A DNA stretch of 28,224 nt from an uncultured virus (IMG/VR IMGVR_UViG_3300046517_000746) (Duplodnaviria > Heunggongvirae > Uroviricota > Caudoviricetes): the IMG/VR virus record IMGVR_UViG_3300046517_000746, one strand, 5' to 3'. Both the position numbers and the translations under genes were made by a program. The notes under the pieces are model-generated. The model made no database searches and was not told the DNA's origin. It worked only from the letters and a program-made list of their open reading frames with translations. Positions 24,959 to 28,224 of this stretch are shown here, piece by piece. Position 1 is the first letter of the stretch; each line of letters starts with the position of its first letter.

Positions 24959-26926
24959 ATGGCTGACAGCAACATCCCGCAGGCGAATGCGCCGGTCGAC
25001 ACGCCGCAGGTGGATGCCGAGGGCTATTACACCGTCGAGCAATTGAAGCGGCAGTATTACGATTATGTTGGCAACAAGACGCCCGAGATTGAGGAGGCGA
25101 AGGAGGCGCGGCGCTATTATCACGGCGCGCAGTGGACCGACAAGGAAATCAAGGCGCTCAAGCGCCGACGGCAGCCGGTGATCACGAGCAATCGTATCGT
25201 GCGCAAGATCGACGCGGTGGTCGGTCTGGTGGAGAAACTGAAACAGGATCCCAAGGCCTATCCGCGTAATCCGAATTCAGAACAGGGCGCCGAGGTGGCG
25301 ACTTCGGTATTGCGTTATGCGGTCGACCATGTCGATTGGAATTCGAAATGCGCGCGGGCGGCACGTATGGCGGCGATCGATGGAATTGGTGGTGTCGAGA
25401 TCGATTTAGCCTACGGCGACCACGGCGATCCCGACATCGATGTGCATCTCGTGTATCCAGATACGTTTTTTTATGACCCGCGATCATACGATGATGGCTT
25501 CACTGACGCGCGCTACTTGGGCATCTCAAAGTGGATCGATGTCGAGCAAGCCAAGGAATTAGTACCGGACAAGAAGGATGAAATTGGCGGACTGAGCGAG
25601 AGCGGAACGGACATCACGACGTATTCCGATCGTGAGGTCATGTGGGTCAATACCACGGCGAAGAAGCTTCGCATGGTGGATCACTGGTACATCCACGAGG
25701 GTCATTGGTGCTGGGCATTATATGTCGGCAATGTCGTCTTGCTGCAGGGCCACAGTCCCTACATCGACGAACGGGGGAAAAGTTTCAGCAAGTTTCTCAT
25801 GTTTTCCTCCGCGGTCGACCATGATGGTGATCGTTACGGCTTCGTGCGAAACTTCAAGGGGCCGCAAGACGAAATCAATCATCGCAGGAGCAAGGCGCTG
25901 CACATTCTCAACTCGCGCCGCTTGGTCATGGACAAGGGTGCGGTGGATGACGTGGAGAAGGCGCGTATTGAGTGGGCGCGGCCGGATGGATTGATCGAAA
26001 AGAACCCCGGCAAGGAGGTCAAGCCGGAAGACCAGCAGGCGGACTTTGCCGGGCAACTGCAGATGCTGCAGGAGGCGAAGCAGGAAATAGAAAACTTCGG
26101 TCCTAATCCGGCATTGATCGGGCAGGGCCTCGAGGGCTCTAGCGGGCGGGCAATAAATCTCTTGCAGCAGGCCGGTATCGCTGAATTGGGCCCCTACATC
26201 ATCGCCTACCGTACTTGGAAGATGCGGGTCTACCGCGCAATCTGGAATGTGCTTTCACGGCACTGGCAGGCCGAGCGGTGGATCAGGGTTACCGATGACG
26301 ATGGTGTCGCGCAGTTCATCCAGATCAATGGATTGACGACCGATCAATACGGACAGCCGGCGATCGCCAATTATCTCGGTTCGCTCGACGTCGACATCAT
26401 CATCGACGAGGGCCCGGACAATATCAATATGATGGCGGACAGTTACGATACGCTGCTGGCGCTGGTACGCGGCGGTCAACAGATCCCGCCCGATGTCCTG
26501 ATCGAGCTGGCGCCGCTGCAGAATTCCGTCAAGCAAAAGCTGCTGAAGAGGATGGAGGCAGCGTCGCAGGATCCGCAGCAGCAGCAGGCCAAGCAGATTG
26601 CGCTGGCCGGCGAGGCGGCCAAGATCGACAAGACGAAATCGGAAACCGTCAAGAACGCGGCACAGACGCAGAAGCTTGGCATCGATGCCCAGCTCGAGGC
26701 GGCGCGGCTTGGTATCGATGCCTTCGGAGCGATCTCAGGTGCGGCTGCTGCCCAGCCCTCCGCACCAGGCCCGCAGGGACCGGGCGTGTCTCCCGTAGGC
26801 CCTGTGCCCGGGGGTGGTTATGGTCCGGTCCCTGGCGTGGCCTCGCCGTCGGGCGATGTGCCGTCCAATTTCCAGGGTGTGCTGCCGTTCCCCGGCGTGC
26901 CGCCGGGTTCGCGCCAGTTCGGCTAA
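24959..26926 (+). CDS. P22-like portal protein, 655 aa
   Basis: YYHGAQW...L..RRQPVIT.NRI..KID.VVG; FFYDP.S...F.DARY; YGFVRN..PQDEIN.RRSK.LH; SGRAI...QQ; DVDIIIDEGP; Gln-rich coiled-coil tail. Confidence 0.9.
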   Translation: MADSNIPQANAPVDTPQVDAEGYYTVEQLKRQYYDYVGNKTPEIEEAKEARRYYHGAQWTDKEIKALKRRRQPVITSNRIVRKIDAVVGLVEKLKQDPKAYPRNPNSEQGAEVATSVLRYAVDHVDWNSKCARAARMAAIDGIGGVEIDLAYGDHGDPDIDVHLVYPDTFFYDPRSYDDGFTDARYLGISKWIDVEQAKELVPDKKDEIGGLSESGTDITTYSDREVMWVNTTAKKLRMVDHWYIHEGHWCWALYVGNVVLLQGHSPYIDERGKSFSKFLMFSSAVDHDGDRYGFVRNFKGPQDEINHRRSKALHILNSRRLVMDKGAVDDVEKARIEWARPDGLIEKNPGKEVKPEDQQADFAGQLQMLQEAKQEIENFGPNPALIGQGLEGSSGRAINLLQQAGIAELGPYIIAYRTWKMRVYRAIWNVLSRHWQAERWIRVTDDDGVAQFIQINGLTTDQYGQPAIANYLGSLDVDIIIDEGPDNINMMADSYDTLLALVRGGQQIPPDVLIELAPLQNSVKQKLLKRMEAASQDPQQQQAKQIALAGEAAKIDKTKSETVKNAAQTQKLGIDAQLEAARLGIDAFGAISGAAAAQPSAPGPQGPGVSPVGPVPGGGYGPVPGVASPSGDVPSNFQGVLPFPGVPPGSRQFG

Positions 26927-26929
26927 GTC

Positions 26930-28224
26930 ATGCCGACCCCTGATTTTACGGCGTTTCCAATCCCGACGTTGCTGTTTACTCCGGGCGGCAGCGCCGGGCA
27001 GATCCAGTACAATAACAGCGGGCAACTGGGCGGTTACAGCAACGTCCAGGTCACGGCGCTGCTTAGTACGTTTACGCTATCGCTCAAGGGATTGGTGCCG
27101 GCACCCGGCTCGATCTCCGGCAAGGTGCTGGCGGATGACGGCACCTGGATCCCAGTCATTGCCACTCCCGGCGGCAGCAATGGGCAGATCCAATACAACA
27201 ATGCGGGGGTGCTCGGCGGCCTGAGCAATACGCAAGTCACCGCCAATCTAAACCCGTTCACGGCCTCGCTGAAGGGATTGGTGCCGGCGGCGGGGAGCAC
27301 GCCCAATACGTTCCTGCGTTATGACGGTATATTCGCGGCGCCGCCCGGCGGCGGGGCTGCGGTCATCAATCCCAAGAACTACGGGGCCATCGCCGATGGC
27401 ACTTCGCATCCAATCACGCTAACTGATATTGCCAACCATCCAGGGTGGATTGGTCCATACAAGCAGCCGCCGCTGACGACCTATCCGGTCGGTACGGAAT
27501 GGGACGTGGTTGGGATGCAAGAGGCCATCTACGCGGCCTTTGCATCCACGTCGACACCGGGGAATGTCATTTGGAATCGTTTCAGTGGTAATACCAATAC
27601 TAACATCAGGTTGTGGATCCCAACCGGGCTCTATCAGATTAACCGTCAGTTATGGATTGCTGCCGATGGCTTCAACATTCAAGCCGACAACCGGCTGTCC
27701 ACCCAACTGGTCTGGAATGGATACAATAAACTCAGTGGCAGAAACAATAATGCCTTCGTGTGCAATTCGCACACGAACACGACACTCGATGGAATATCCG
27801 CTGCGGATATCGCGCAACTTCATGTTGGAATGTCAGTCCGTGATGCCACCATCGATCAGACCACCGGATCAATTCCGTGGCCCACCAAGATTGCGGCTAT
27901 AAATGTCGGCGCTGGATCGGTCACACTCACTAATCCCACAACGTCGTCAGTCACCGGGCTAAATGTTTTTGTCTTTTCGTCTTTCATCCGCATGGACTCC
28001 ATCAGCTACGGCTACATGGCGAATGTCGCATTAAGCTGTAATGGCATGCTGCCAAGAGGTGGGATTAATGGCGAAGGCGATCCGGCAATGTTGGTCATCG
28101 ACCAGACCATTGGCGGCCTCAGTCCGCAGCAATTGACTTTTGTGAATATGACGATCTTTGGCCATCAGCAGGCCGATGTTGGTATCAGTATCGTACCGGA
28201 TGGCGGTGGCGGTTCACAAGGCTC
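26930..28224 (+). CDS. Tailspike/depolymerase-like protein (3' truncated; absent from the ORF track)
   Basis: Hand-translated frame is open from ATG 26930 to the window end. It has two 62-aa N-terminal repeats, then VINPKNYGAIADG...MQEAI.AA...LWIPTGLYQI, a pectate-lyase-3-like beta-helix start. Confidence 0.8.
   Translation, partial: MPTPDFTAFPIPTLLFTPGGSAGQIQYNNSGQLGGYSNVQVTALLSTFTLSLKGLVPAPGSISGKVLADDGTWIPVIATPGGSNGQIQYNNAGVLGGLSNTQVTANLNPFTASLKGLVPAAGSTPNTFLRYDGIFAAPPGGGAAVINPKNYGAIADGTSHPITLTDIANHPGWIGPYKQPPLTTYPVGTEWDVVGMQEAIYAAFASTSTPGNVIWNRFSGNTNTNIRLWIPTGLYQINRQLWIAADGFNIQADNRLSTQLVWNGYNKLSGRNNNAFVCNSHTNTTLDGISAADIAQLHVGMSVRDATIDQTTGSIPWPTKIAAINVGAGSVTLTNPTTSSVTGLNVFVFSSFIRMDSISYGYMANVALSCNGMLPRGGINGEGDPAMLVIDQTIGGLSPQQLTFVNMTIFGHQQADVGISIVPDGGGGSQG
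26978..27349 (+). repeat. Tandem 186-nt (62-aa) repeats
   Basis: TPGGSAGQIQYNNSGQLGG...SLKGLVPA...L.DDG and TPGGSNGQIQYNNAGVLGG...SLKGLVPA...L.YDG. Confidence 0.88.

Noticed and set aside
1..28224. tRNA, rRNA, CRISPR array, IS transposase
   Set aside because: None recognised by eye; tRNAscan-SE or Infernal would be needed to exclude small RNAs.

Overview
The window is about 28 kb of a tailed dsDNA phage or phage-derived element. It is GC-rich, and the gene content suggests an alphaproteobacterial host (inference). Order of modules: (1) end of the + strand late operon, with several fibre/tail-like genes, an antisense HNH endonuclease and an amidase endolysin (1-8586); (2) a - strand early operon with ERF, YqaJ exonuclease, DUF968, a J-domain-like protein and small ORFs (8588-14779); (3) an AT-rich divergent control region with one Cro-like HTH and no visible CI or integrase; (4) a + strand replication/regulation block (DnaA-C-like HTH, YdaU/DUF1376, Twinkle-like helicase domain, DUF6456-like regulator, MT-A70 methyltransferase); (5) a packaging block (terS, terL, about ten small genes, P22-like portal, then a tailspike-like gene running off the end). 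The standout feature is a 267-aa intein in terL (20436-21236). It has no recognisable in-frame homing endonuclease, but a complete Endonuclease VII gene with its own SD-like site is nested inside it in another reading frame (20672-21148). All family calls come from motif recognition by eye; no database searches were run.
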